Assembly: GCF_963921235.1 (NCBI RefSeq)
Contig: NC_086097.1
Location: forward strand, 43,278,001-43,342,000
DNA: 64,000 nucleotides
Source of the DNA: Mobula hypostoma
Taxonomy: Eukaryota
Direction of reading: 5' to 3'
The notes below the pieces were generated by a model, which worked only from the letters and a program-made list of their open reading frames with translations, did no database searches and was not told where the DNA came from. This document shows, piece after piece, positions 1 through 11,852 of the stretch. Within the stretch, counting starts at the first letter, position 1. Each line of letters begins with the position of its first letter. A program made the translations under genes and the position numbers.

Positions 1-392
1 CGCTGATAGAATCGGAGAAAAAGGAGGATATTCGGCCCGTCGTATCCATTCCCGATTAAAATTTCAATTTAAACAGTCCCGTTTCTCCATCAGATCGTTA
101 TAAATTGTGCCAATCAAGTTCTCATTCAGTTTCCTTTCAGACAATAACTTCTTGACGTCTTTTTCAAATATCTTTACCAATTACCTTAAACCTGCACACT
201 ATTCTTACTAATGACAGTTCATTCATTTTCACTTGGCTTCTCAAGTGTAATTACAATTAAACAACCTCAGCCTTCACTGTCCTAAAGAAAACAATTTCTG
301 CTGAACCAGTCTTTAACACAACTAAACTTCAGTTTCTTCTCATACTTCCTCCATACCCTACTTTAGTGATATTACTTCCTTCCTAAAATATC

Positions 393-1505
393 ATGAGTGT
401 CTCCACTTGGCCTTGGATCACCTGGACATAACAATACCTACGCTAGGCTGCTTATTGATTACCACTCAGCATTCAACACAGTCATACTCTCAGTTCAAAT
501 CAACAAGCTCCAAAACATCGGCCTTTGTACCTCACTCTGCAACTGGATCCTTGACTTCCTCATTGGGATACCACAGTCAGTGTGAATCAAAAATAATATC
601 TCCTCTTCACTGACAATCAACAAATGCGCACGTCATGCTTAGCCCCCTACCCTCACTCGCTATGCCCATGACTATGGGCTAGACACAGCTCAAACAACAT
701 CTATAAATTTGCCGATGCCACCACTATTGTTGGTAGAAATTTAGATGGTGATGGGGAGGCAATCAGGAGTGATATAGATCAGCTGACAAGAGTGCCAACA
801 CAACTTTTATTGGCAGAATTTCAGATGGTGAGGAGGTGGCATACAGGAGTGAAGTAGATCAGCTAGTTAAGTGGTGCCGAAACAACAAATTTACATTCAA
901 CTTCAGTAAGACCAAGGAATTGATTGTGAACTTCAGGAAGGGGTGGTCAGGGGAACACAGACCAATCCTCATCCTGATCAACAGTGGAAAGGTTCCAGTG
1001 CCTGGGTGTCAACATCTCTGAAGATCTATCCTGGGCCCAACCTATTGATGTAATTACAGGGAAGGCACAACAGCAGCTATATTTTATTGGTCACCAAAGA
1101 CTCCCGCAAATTTTTACAGATGTACCGGGGAGAGCATTCTAACTGGTTGTATCACTGTCAGGTATGGAGGGACCACTGCACAGGATCAAAAAAATCTGTA
1201 GAAAGTTTCATCATGGGCACGAGCCTCCCCGGCATTGAGGACACCTTCAAAGGGTGTTGCCTCATAAAAGCGGCACCCAACATTAAGGATCTCCATCACC
1301 CAGGATATGCCCTCTTCTCATTGTTACCATCAAGGAGGAGATACAGAAGCCTGAAGATACACTCAACTAACACACTCTCTCTCTCTATATATACACACAT
1401 ACATATATATAATTGTAATTTATTGATTTTATTATGTATTGCAATGTACTGCTACTGCAAAACAACATACTTCACAACATACACCAGTGATTCACTTGAT
1501 TCTGA
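393..1505 (+). mobile_element. Rex/Babar-type non-LTR retrotransposon, degenerate 3' part
   Basis: Frameshifted RT fragments ([65 protein letters not shown]). Confidence 0.8.
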
Positions 1506-1656
1506 CCATAACTGTATGCAGTCTTCAGACTCAACTAGCATCTGTAGTCCAAATGGCTAAATGGAATCAGTTCTGGTTGAAACTGCCTGTCACATGCAGT
1601 ATTACTTAACACAGAATATTTTCGGATTTTTCTTACATTTCTCATGCTTTCCTTTG

Positions 1657-3065
1657 ACATAGAAGATAGCTATTTTGACCCTCCCCCTTCCCACTTACCT
1701 GTAACATATTCACTCTCATATCCAATTCTACACCCCTAATTCTCTGGTCAACTACCTCAACTCTCCTCCTGCACTGCTGGGGGAGAAGCTGACAGTGATG
1801 CAGGTGGATGCTTCCCAGGTATCATGGATTCTTGATTACCTGACTGGCAGACCACAGTATGTGTGCTTGCAACACTGTGTGTCAGACAGAGTAATCAGCA
1901 GCACTGGGGCTCCACAGGGGACTGTCTTGTCTCCCTTTCTCTTCACCATTTACACCTCGGACTTCAACTACTGCACAGAGTCTTGTCATCTTCAGAAGTT
2001 TTCGGATGACTCTGCCATAGTTGGATGCATCAGCAAGGGAGATGAGGCTGAGTACCAGGGCTACGGTAGGAAACTTTGTCACATGGTGTGAGCAGAATTA
2101 TCTGCAGCTTAATGTGAAAAAGACTAAGGAGCTGGTGGTAGACCTGAGGAGAGCTAAGGTACCGGTGACCCCTGTTTCCATCCAGGGGATATGGTGGAGG
2201 ATTACAAATACCTGGGGATACGAATTGACAATAAACTGGACTGGTCAAAGAACACCGAGGCTGTCTACAAGAAGGGTCAGAGCCATCTCTATTTCCTGAG
2301 GAGACTGAGGTCCTTTAACATCTGCCGGACGATGCTGAGGATGTTCTACGAGTCTGTGGTGGTCAGTGCTATCATGTTTGCTGTTGTGTGCTGGGGCAGC
2401 AGACTGAGGGTAGCAGACACCAACAGAATCAACAAACTCATTGTTGGCCAGTAATGTTGTGGGGATGGAACTGGACTCTCTGACAGTGGTGTCTGAAAAG
2501 AGGATGCTGTCCAAGTTGCATGCCATCTTGATCAATGTTTCCCATCCACTACATAATGTACTGGGTGGGCACAGGAGTACATTCAGCCAGAGACTCATTC
2601 CACCGAGATGCAACACTGAGCGTCATAGGAAGTCATGCTTGCCTGTGGCCATCAAACTTTACAACTCCTCCCTTGGAGGGTCAGACACCCTGAGCCAGTA
2701 GGCTGGTCCTGGACTTAATTCATAATTTACTGGCATCATTTACATATTACTATTTAACTATTTATGGTTCTATTACCATTTATTATTTATGGTGCAACTG
2801 TTACGCAAACCAATTTCCCCCGGGATCAATAAAGTATGACTATGACTATGACTAACTATAGATAACTTGCAGTACTTAATTAATCAGATAGCATATCTTA
2901 GGGAGGTTGGAGGAAACCAATGGACTGGGGGTGGGGGGGGGAGCGGAGTACATCGTCACAAGGCGAATATGCAAATTGCACATAGAGCACCCAAGGTCAG
3001 GAGATTGAGCCTAGGTAGCTGGAGTTATGCAGCAACAGCACTAACTGTGGGATCACAATACCATT
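1657..3065 (-). mobile_element. Old tRNA-derived SINE split by the Rex1-like insertion
   Basis: Segments 1657-1761 and 2858-3065 resemble the uninterrupted SINE at 6890-7230 (ggaggaaacc..agcacc..aggtc.gga..). Confidence 0.5.
1762..2857 (+). mobile_element. Rex1-like LINE, 5'-truncated, relatively well preserved
   Basis: WILDYLTGRPQYV..GAPQGTVLSPFLFTIYT..KFSDDSAIVG..YKYLG..LYFLRRLRSF; ends in AATAAA plus a (TATGAC)n tail. Confidence 0.88.
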
Positions 3066-3244
3066 CCATTTGTATTTTTTAATTCCTTTCTGGCTGATTA
3101 AAGTGAATTGACAAGATCTTGCTGATCTGGCAATATCTTTGGGAAATCTACACATTGATGCAATCATGAAGAAAGCATACCAGTGGCTCTACTTCATTCG
3201 GAGTTTGAGAAGACTACGTACTGTATATCATCAAAGACACTTGC

Positions 3245-3555
3245 AGTTTTCTATAACAACATGCAAAATGATAGAGGACCTTAGCATGTCAGACAGCATT
3301 GATAAAGGGAAAAGGAAAGCCAATATTTCAGATTGAAACCCTTCATCATGATTGGAAAGAAACTGGAAAATTTCACTATCAGCCACCAGCACTTGCTCCA
3401 CCTCCTCCTACCACCCTATCTCCCCTCTTTCCTTCCAGTCTTTATGAAGGATCTCGACAACTGTCCCTTTCCCTCCATAGTGGCTGCCTGACTGAGTTTC
3501 TCCACTGTTTTGTGTGTTGCTCCACATTTTCCAGTATCTGCACTCTCTTCTGTGC
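3245..3555. mobile_element. Penelope-like terminal fragments in inverted arrangement
   Basis: A minus-strand tail (caacatgcaaaatg..gaaacccttcatca) is followed by a plus-strand tail (ctgcctgactgagtttctccactgttttgtgtgttgct). Confidence 0.6.
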
Positions 3556-5095
3556 CTATAGTCAATGAACAGCATCCTGACATAGATGTTTGTGTTGTCC
3601 AGGTGGTCTAAAGCTGTAGGAAGAGCCATTGAGATTGCTTCTGCCATTGACCTATTGTGACAATAGGCAAACTGCAGTGGGTCCAGATCATTGCTGAGGC
3701 AGGAGTTCAGTCTAGTCATAACCAACCTCTCCAAGCATTTCATCACTGTAGATGTGAGTGCTACTGGGCGATAGTCATTAAGGCAGCTCACATTTAATCT
3801 TCTTCGGCACCGGTATAATTGTTGTCTTTTTGAAGCAACTGGGAGCTTCCACCCATAGCAGTGAGAGGTTGAAAATGTCCTTGAGTACTTCTGCTAGTTG
3901 GTTGGCACAGGTTTACAGAGCCTTACCAGGTACTCCATCAGGATCTTCCACCTTGCAAAAGGCCTTCCACCTTGTTAGACAGCCTAACATCAGCATCTGA
4001 GACAAGAGATCACAGGGTCATCAGGTGCAGCAGGGATCTTCACAGCTGTAGTTGTATTCTCCCTTTCAAAGCAGGCATAGAAGACATTGAGTTCATCTGG
4101 TAGTGAAACATCACTGCCATTCATGCTATTGGGTTTCACTTTGTAGGAAGTGATGTCTTGCAAACCCTGCCAGAGTTGTTGTGCATCCAATGTTGTCTCC
4201 AACCTCATTCAAAATTGTCTCTTCACCCTTGAAATAGCCCTTGGCAAATCATACCTGGCTTTCTGGTACAGGCCTGGGTCACCAGACTTGAATGTCACAG
4301 ATTTACCCTTCAGCAGACAACGTACCTCCTGGTCATCCATGGCTTTTGGCTTGGGAACGTACAGTAGGTTTTTGTAGGCACACACTCATCCACACAGGTT
4401 TTAATGAAGTAGGTAACAACTACCACATTCTCATCTAGATTCGAAGATGAATCCCTGAATACAGTCCAGTCCACCAATTCAAAGCAGTCCTGTAGGTGCT
4501 CCTGTGCTTCCCCTTTCCATACTTTCTTGGTCCTCACAGCTGGTGCTGCAATCTTCAGTCTCTGCCTATACTCAGGGAGTAGAAGTACAGCTAGGTGATC
4601 AGACTTCCCAAAGTGAGGGCGTGGGATAGCACAGTAGGCATTCTTGATGGTGGTGTAGCAATGGTCCAGTGTGTTGTTTCCTCTGGTATTGCAAGTGATC
4701 GGTTGATGGTAATTGCTTAGTGATTTTTTTCAGACTGGCTTAGTTAAAATCTCCCAAAACAACGGTGAAGGCATTAGGGTGCACTGTTTTCATGCATGTT
4801 GATCCCATTGCTCAGATCATCTAAAGACTGATTGACATTGGCCTGAGGTGGAATGTATACTGCTACCAAAATGATCCCGGAGAACTCTTATGGTAGGTAA
4901 AAAGGATGGCACTTAACTGCTGGATATTCCAGGTCTGGTGAGCAGAATTGGGACAGCACTGATATTTTTGTGCACTAAGAGGAGTTGATCATGAGGCATA
5001 CTCTACCTCTGCTTTTGAGAGGCTCTATAGATCTATCCTGTCGATCTGAATCACTGCATCCGGTACAGAACGGGTTAACCAGGATTCCATGAAGA
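3556..5095 (-). mobile_element. Rex/Babar-type LINE ORF2 fragment (endonuclease to RT N-terminus)
   Basis: [65 protein letters not shown]. Confidence 0.85.
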
Positions 5096-5096
5096 T

Positions 5097-6650
5097 GTAG
5101 AATCCTTGTGGGTAGAGTTAAGAAACTGCAAGGGTAAACAGATCCTGATGGGAGTTATAGACAAGCTTCCGAAAAGCAGCCTTTATGTGGACTACAAATT
5201 ACAATGGGTGTTAGAAAGGGCTTGTTTATAAAAAGCCAGTTGTGAAAATAAATATGCACGTAGATTGGGAAAATCTGGTTAGTTAGGATCCCAAGAGAGG
5301 GAATTTGCAGTATGTCTACAAGGTAGCTTTTTAGAGCAGCCTATGGTTGAGTCCATCAGGGGAACGGCAATTCTGGTATGGGTGTTATGTAATAATACAG
5401 GTTTGACTAAAAAGCTTAAGGTAAAGAAACCCTGAGGAAGCCGTGATCAAAATATGATAGAATTCACCCTGAAGTTTGAGAAGGAGAAGCTAAAATTGGA
5501 TGTATCAGTATTACAATGGTGGAAAGGAAAATTAGAGATGCATGAGAGAGCAGCTGGCCAAAGTTGATTGCAAGGTGACACTGGCAGGGATGACAGCAGA
5601 ACAGCAATGGGTGGTGTTTCTGGGGGAGATACAAAGGGCACAGGAAAGATACATCCTAAAGATGAACAAGTATTCTAAAGGGAGGATGGAGGATGAGGCA
5701 ACTGTGGCTGACAAGGGAAGTCAAAGACAGCATAGAAGCAAATGAGAAAGCATATAATATAGCAAAAAATAATGGGAAGGCAGAGGGTTGAGAAGCTCTT
5801 AAAAACCAACAAAAGGCAACTTACAGATGATAAAGAGAGAAAAGATGAAATATTAAGGTAAGCTAGCCAATAATATAAAAGAGGATACAAAAAGTGGCCA
5901 GTGACTAGTGGTGTGCCACAGGGGTTAGTGTAAGGACCACTTCTTTTCACAAAGTATGTCAATGATTTGAATAAAGGAATTGATGGCCTTGCGGCCAAAT
6001 TTGAGGATGAATCAAACGTAGGTGGAAGGAAGGGTAGTGTTGAGGAAGCAATGTGTCTGCAGAAAGACTGAGACAGATTAGGGGAATGAGCAAAGTATCA
6101 AATGGAATATAATGTAGGGAAATGTACGGTCATGCACTTTTGCAGAAGGAATAAAGGTGTGAACTAAAGGTGTGACAGAAAATTCAAAAATCAGAGGTGC
6201 AGAGGGACTTTGGCATCCTCGTGCAGCATTTCCTGAAGGAACCTAACTTGCAGGTTGAGTCAGTGGTAAGGAAGGCAAATGCAATGTTAAGATTTGCTTC
6301 ACGAGGTCTAGAATACAAAAGCAAGGATGTAATGCTGAGGCTTTAAAAGGCATTACTCAGAGCGCACTTGGAGTATTGTGATAAGTTTTGGGCTCCAGAA
6401 ACGAGGAAATATCTCTTTAGCCAGAGGGTGGTGAATTTCAGGAATTCATTGCCACAGACAACTGTGCAGACCAAGACATTGGGTATACTTAAGGAAGAGG
6501 CTAATAGGTTCTCAATTAATCAGGGCATCAAAGGTTATGGGGAGAAGGCAGGAGAATGGGATTGAGGGGTATAATAAATCAGCCATGATGGAATGGTGGA
6601 GAATACTCAATGGGCCGAATGGCCTAATTCTGCTCCTAGGTCTTATGGAA
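5097..6650 (+). mobile_element. CR1 LINE relic with internal deletions
   Basis: Endonuclease region (VESLWVELRN), [10 protein letters not shown] region, and CR1 tail gggccgaatggcctaattctgctcct..tcttatgg. Confidence 0.85.
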
Positions 6651-6889
6651 AATTTGCCATGCATTCCTAGTTTGTTGGTGTGGTTGAATCTTGATTTCCC
6701 ACAGTTTTATGAATGGCCAGCAATACCGACTTAAGCTTTTCACCTTCTAAAATCTAAACTCATTCATAAGTTGTGTTCTCTAAATCAGGTTATATGTTGA
6801 TTGCAATGCTTAAGATTCCAAATGTTCATTAGAAGTAAGAATCATTCTCTTTTTGGGTCTTACAATCTTATGATATGCTTTGACAACTA

Positions 6890-7230
6890 TAGGACCACAG
6901 AGTTATACAGTTTTAGAGCCATAGAATCAGGAAGCACAGAAATAGGCTCACTGGCCCCAGAGTTCATGCTGTCCAGCAACCACTCACTAATTGTATACAG
7001 TATTCCCCTTAACTCCCTCCAGATTCCACCACTCACCTGGTTAGTAGGGGCAATTGGTAATGACAATTAATCTAGCTCCCTGCATGTGGGAAGAAATCGG
7101 AGCACAAGAAAACCCACACCATCATTGGGACAACATGGAAACTCTACACAATCAGCACCTGAGGTCGGGATTAACCTGGATCTGTGCAGCTTGAGGTAGT
7201 TGCCCTGCAAGCTGTGCTACTGTGCCACTA
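6890..7230 (-). mobile_element. tRNA-derived SINE with CR1-like tail
   Basis: Minus strand begins gtggcacagtagcacagc (A-box-like) with ggttaatcc (B-box-like), followed by a ggttttcttgtgctccgatttcttcccaca core. Confidence 0.6.
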
Positions 7231-8039
7231 TGCGGGACCTTTTTGGGGAGACTAAGGGAAAGAATTATAATTAACAATCAATACCTCAAATTCAATGTCT
7301 AAAATCTGGTATTATTTTGAACACACATGCATTATCCATTATATTTTAGTAAGTAAAAATATATAATTTAATGATAATGTAGTGATAAATATATCAGTGG
7401 CATAATTTCTTGTCACCTTGATACATTTATCATGATAGATAGTTAATTATACTGTACCTTGTTAGTAGAAAATATATCCTTATCTTCATAGTTTACACTG
7501 TTGAAACATGATGCAATAATAAAAGTGGCATGACCTCACGAACTGACAACTGACTGATGTGGATAAATTTAGCAGATTGATATGTGAAAGAAATTTAAAA
7601 ATATGACTTTACATTAAAGACAAGTCAAAGAGATCTACCGGGAAACTGATAATGGAGAGAGGTAGATTAGAATACAGTAAGGAAAAAAGAGTGAGGGGGG
7701 TTGTACACTTTAAATACTTTATTGATATTTATAAACTACCATAAAATCATTTTTAGTAATCAGTGATATTAATTAATTGCATACAAAAGCTTACTTACAG
7801 AACAGAATTATCAGATTGAAATACTGTATTTATCATTAATTAATTGAATTTTGCTACAAATTTATTACAGTTAAATGTTGGATTAATGCTTTTTTTTATC
7901 TCATTGCACATTACATATCATGAGAAAACACAATAAGAAACATTCTTCAGATCTAAATAGAATAATTGTTGATTAAAATATGTCTAATCTGTTCTGAATG
8001 GTATCAAGCTATTAGAGATAAGTAGATTGTATTCTGTAA

Positions 8040-8720
8040 CATTCCAATCTGTGCCTTTTAAATGGTGGAAAGACTTGGAAGTCTCTTCAGGATACCCAGT
8101 TCTTTGACTTAACTGCCGTAACCACAGAAATTGCTTGGTTGACCTGGATAAGTTTCTCATAAATGGTAACTCAACAACTATAATGTCATAAATTATCTAG
8201 GGTAAGTAGTTAGGGCATCATTGTCTGATTAGCAGCAAATACATTCCTTCCACAGTGTGTACTTGTGCAGTACCAAAGTACTTGCTATTATCAGCTTTCA
8301 CCTAAATATCTTTGTCCTACTGCATACAGGCATCAAATACTTCATTTTCTGATGAACTGTGAGTAGAATTAAACATTTTCACTTCTGAACTTAACATGGT
8401 TCAAAGTTTATTAATTGAGACAGCTGTAGGTAGTTGATACTAGGACATTAACTTGAAGCACACCTGCAGTGATGTTCTGTTACTGCGATGATCTTCGAAC
8501 AATCATGACCATTTTCCTTTCTGTGAAGTATAATTCTAAGCATTGGAATGTTATCCATTTGAATCCTATTTACTTCAGTTATATTACGAGTTCTTGATGC
8601 CACACTTGCTCAGATGCTTCCTTGATATTACTTACATCTCACTGCTGAAATTAAAGCTTTTTAGTCCATTTTTGATTCAAGGTTGTGCTGTACGGGTCCT
8701 TTAAACCCCAAACTATGCAT
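8040..8720 (-). mobile_element. Very old LINE RT fragment (related fragment at about 9850-10180)
   Basis: Minus-strand NIKEASEQVWHQ resembles the RT motif DIxxAFDxVWH; about 10120-10150 gives AEAFASVFSQKC. Confidence 0.5.
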
Positions 8721-9004
8721 TAACGAGGGATTATTTGGTAGGAAGTAACTAGGTAATAGAAGCAAGAGAAGGCTTTTCAACTCTTCTCTCCTGCTTTGCC
8801 ATGTAATTAGATCATGGATAATCTCTTAGCCCAGCACAGATTTTCTCTAAAAAGCCCACATCTATTACTCTGTTCAAAAGTAAGGATATGACATGAAATG
8901 TTTTCCCTCTGACATCCATGTTCATCCCCCCCCCCCTTACTTAATCTCCGCCGGACAGATTAGCTAAGATCAGTAAGCATTTATAAATCCCTTTTAGGTG
9001 GTAT

Positions 9005-9420
9005 CATTACCGTCTAGGTAGTCTCCAGCCCATGAACATAGAATTCTCCAACTTCCGGTAATTCCTTCCCCCTCCCTTCCTCTATCCCTATTTCACTCTT
9101 CCCCCTCCCCCAGCTGCCTATCACCTCCCTCATGGTTCCGCCTCCTTCTACTACCCATTGTGTTTTCCCCTGCTGCTTCTTCACCTTTTCTGCCTATCAC
9201 CTCCCTGCTTCCCCTCCCCCAACCCTTTCCCCTTACTGGTTTTTCACCTGGAACCTACCAGCCTTCTCCTTCCCACCATCCCCCCACCTCCTTTATAGGG
9301 CCTCTGCCCCTTCCCTCTATAGTCCTGATGAAGGGTTCCGGCCCGAAATGTCGACCCATCATTTTCACGGATGCTGCCTGACCTGCTGAGTTCCTCCAGT
9401 GTGTTGTGAGTGTTACTTGA
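9005..9420 (+). mobile_element. Penelope-like element 3' end with hammerhead motif
   Basis: End of ORF (RLGSLQP..NIEFSNFR*), pyrimidine-rich UTR, agtcCTGATGAagggttccggcccGAAAtgtcgac, then tail gatgctgcctgacctgctgagttcctccag. Confidence 0.8.
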
Positions 9421-10189
9421 ACTATCTTGATCTCAATCCTAGCATACATATTCCATTTGTTCCTACAATCCACTCCAATTTAAACATGCTTATTTTCTCA
9501 CATGTCCTGCTCTGATAAAAGATTCATGAAAGTTTTATTTCTCTCTCCAAAAATGCTGCCTAACTTACTAAGTATTTCCAGAATTTTTCATTTTTATTTC
9601 AGATTTCCAGTACATGCAGGTTTTGCCTCTGATAAACATAATACTGTGAATTACAACTTCCAGGTATTTTCTTATGTTTTAAGTAAACCGATTGGATGGT
9701 AATCAGAATTAGAATCAAGAGTCAGAATAAGGTTTATGACCATTGACAGATATCATATAATTTGTTGCCTTGTGGCAGCAGTATTGTGCAAGAAATACAA
9801 AAAAAAACTATAAGTTACAATAATAAAATAAATAAATAAATAAAATTAATTATCCAGATTGCATTTGTCCTACCTTCTGTGGACTAGATAATGAGGGATA
9901 GCTTTCAACATTGCTGGGTGGATGCAGGTGTTGTCAACAACTTTGGACAGCAATAGTTCAGATTTCCAGTGCTACTTCTTGGGTGTGGTTTGATGTCATA
10001 TCCTTTGCTGTATCCAGTGCCGTCAGATATTTCTTTACACCATGTATATTGAATCAAATTGACTTAAATTTGGCTTCTGCTATCTCAGCAGGAAGCCGAG
10101 ATACATCATCTACTTTACATTTCTGGCTGAATACAGATGCAAAAGCTTCAGCCTCCTCTTTAGTATTCAGATAATGAACATCAAGGAAC

Positions 10190-10670
10190 ATTCAAAGTTC
10201 AAAGTAAATTTATTATCGAAGTACATATACCACCTTGAGACTCATTTTTTTGCAGGCATTTACAGGAAAAATAAAGAATTACAAAATAATCCTTAAAAAA
10301 ACATACATTATCAAAGACTGACAAACAATCAGTGTGCAAATAAAAAAGAATACTGAGAAAACGAGTTGTAAATAGTCCTTGAAAGTGAGTTTGTAAGTCA
10401 TAGAATCAGTCCAGAGTTGTGGGTGACATTATCCTTCACCAATTCAGAAACCTGATAGTTAAAGGGCATTAACTGTTCTTGAACCTGGTTGTGTGGGACT
10501 GATGGTAGAAGCAACAAGAGAGCATAGCCTGGATGGTGGGGGTCTTTGATAGCGAATGCTTCTTCCTTGTGGCAGCTCTCCATGTAAACGTACTCAATGG
10601 TAGAGAGGGCTTTGCTTGTGATAGACTGGGCTGTATCCACCACTTTCTGGAGTCTTTTCCACTTGTCCAT
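10190..10670 (-). mobile_element. Rex/Babar-type LINE 3' end
   Basis: [34 protein letters not shown]; tail ttcaaagttcaaagtaaatttatt on the + strand. Confidence 0.75.
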
Positions 10671-11686
10671 CACTCGATTGATGTGACCATTTGCTTGTCA
10701 GATCATTTACCTGTTTCTATCGAATGCTCTTATTATACAACTAGCAAATTTTATTTATATTTGCTGTTTCTGTTGCTTCACACTATTTGTGGAGTTGCCC
10801 TGAGCAGTACATCACTGTTAAAATGTAAAATAAACAAAAACATAAAAAGATATGAAGATGAAGCAAGAACATTAGGCCAAACACTTCTTTATAAAACCTG
10901 ATGCTTAAGAATACATATCCTAATTTTGGAAATGTAACTACTTTGTTTATTTCATTCGCTGAAATGTCCACATCTTTTGTCCAGGTATCAAACTCTGTCA
11001 AACATTTGGCCCACAGTTCTATGTGAGCATTCTTAGGTACACTTCTGTCTCGCCAATCTAAGGCTTTGTCAGTCTTTAAGAAGAGAATGCAAAAAGAATT
11101 ATAGTCATCTAAGTATAACTCAATAAATCTCATTTTAAAGAGGCAATTACATGGAGAAAGGAAGATAACGGGGAAAAAATGAAGGAGGAAGGAAGGAAAT
11201 AACATGCGAGAAGAATAATCAAGAATTACTTCCTTTAAGGTTTAACCTGATTGTTCTATGTTGGGTTTTGCTTACAGGGGATGGTCAAATAAGGACACTT
11301 CGTAGTAAAATATCATGCTTTGCGGTTAAAAGCAGATCATATTTGGTGGCTCATCTTACAGTAATCTTATTATTTGATTCGGCTTCATTTAGATGATTTT
11401 TGATGAGATTACTGTTGCTAAGGTGGTGAAATCATTCCTGATGGATGGAGTTTCAGTTGCGTATTTTTATTCGGCGTGTGCTCCGAGTCCACACATGATC
11501 AACCACTTAAAATATTGATTCTTCAGTTTTAGATGCCTCCACCCCAGCTATTAATCTTGAAATGTGAAGCTTTCGAGGGAAGGTGGCAGGCTACATTTCC
11601 ACGCCGGTTGCTGGGGTCCCTCCCAGTTCGCCCCGGCCTTGCTGTACCTGGCCGCCGCCGCCCGCGTCCGAGAGCAGGCGTGCCCG

Positions 11687-11700
11687 GTTTCCAAGGCGAT
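11687..11700 (+). promoter_or_regulatory. Candidate RFX X-box
   Basis: GTTTCCAAGGCGAT matches GTTNCCATGGCAAC at 11 of 14 positions and lies about 150 nt upstream of the ATG. Confidence 0.5.
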
Positions 11701-11845
11701 CAGATGACGAGATGGCAGTGAGCGGCCGGCGCCCTTTCTTCTCGATCGGCTCCTCCTCGCTGCCTGAGCCCCCTTCGAGAGATTTTACACAGAAAACAGC
11801 ATCATACCCCAGAAATGATTTCACGCTTTAAACCGTGAACCGACG

Positions 11846-11852
11846 ATGAACG
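11846..11852 (+). CDS. MOK: MOK coding exon 1 (ATGAACG)
   Basis: acgATGAACG|gtaaga: good donor inside the CpG island; phase 1 fits exon 2. Confidence 0.85.
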
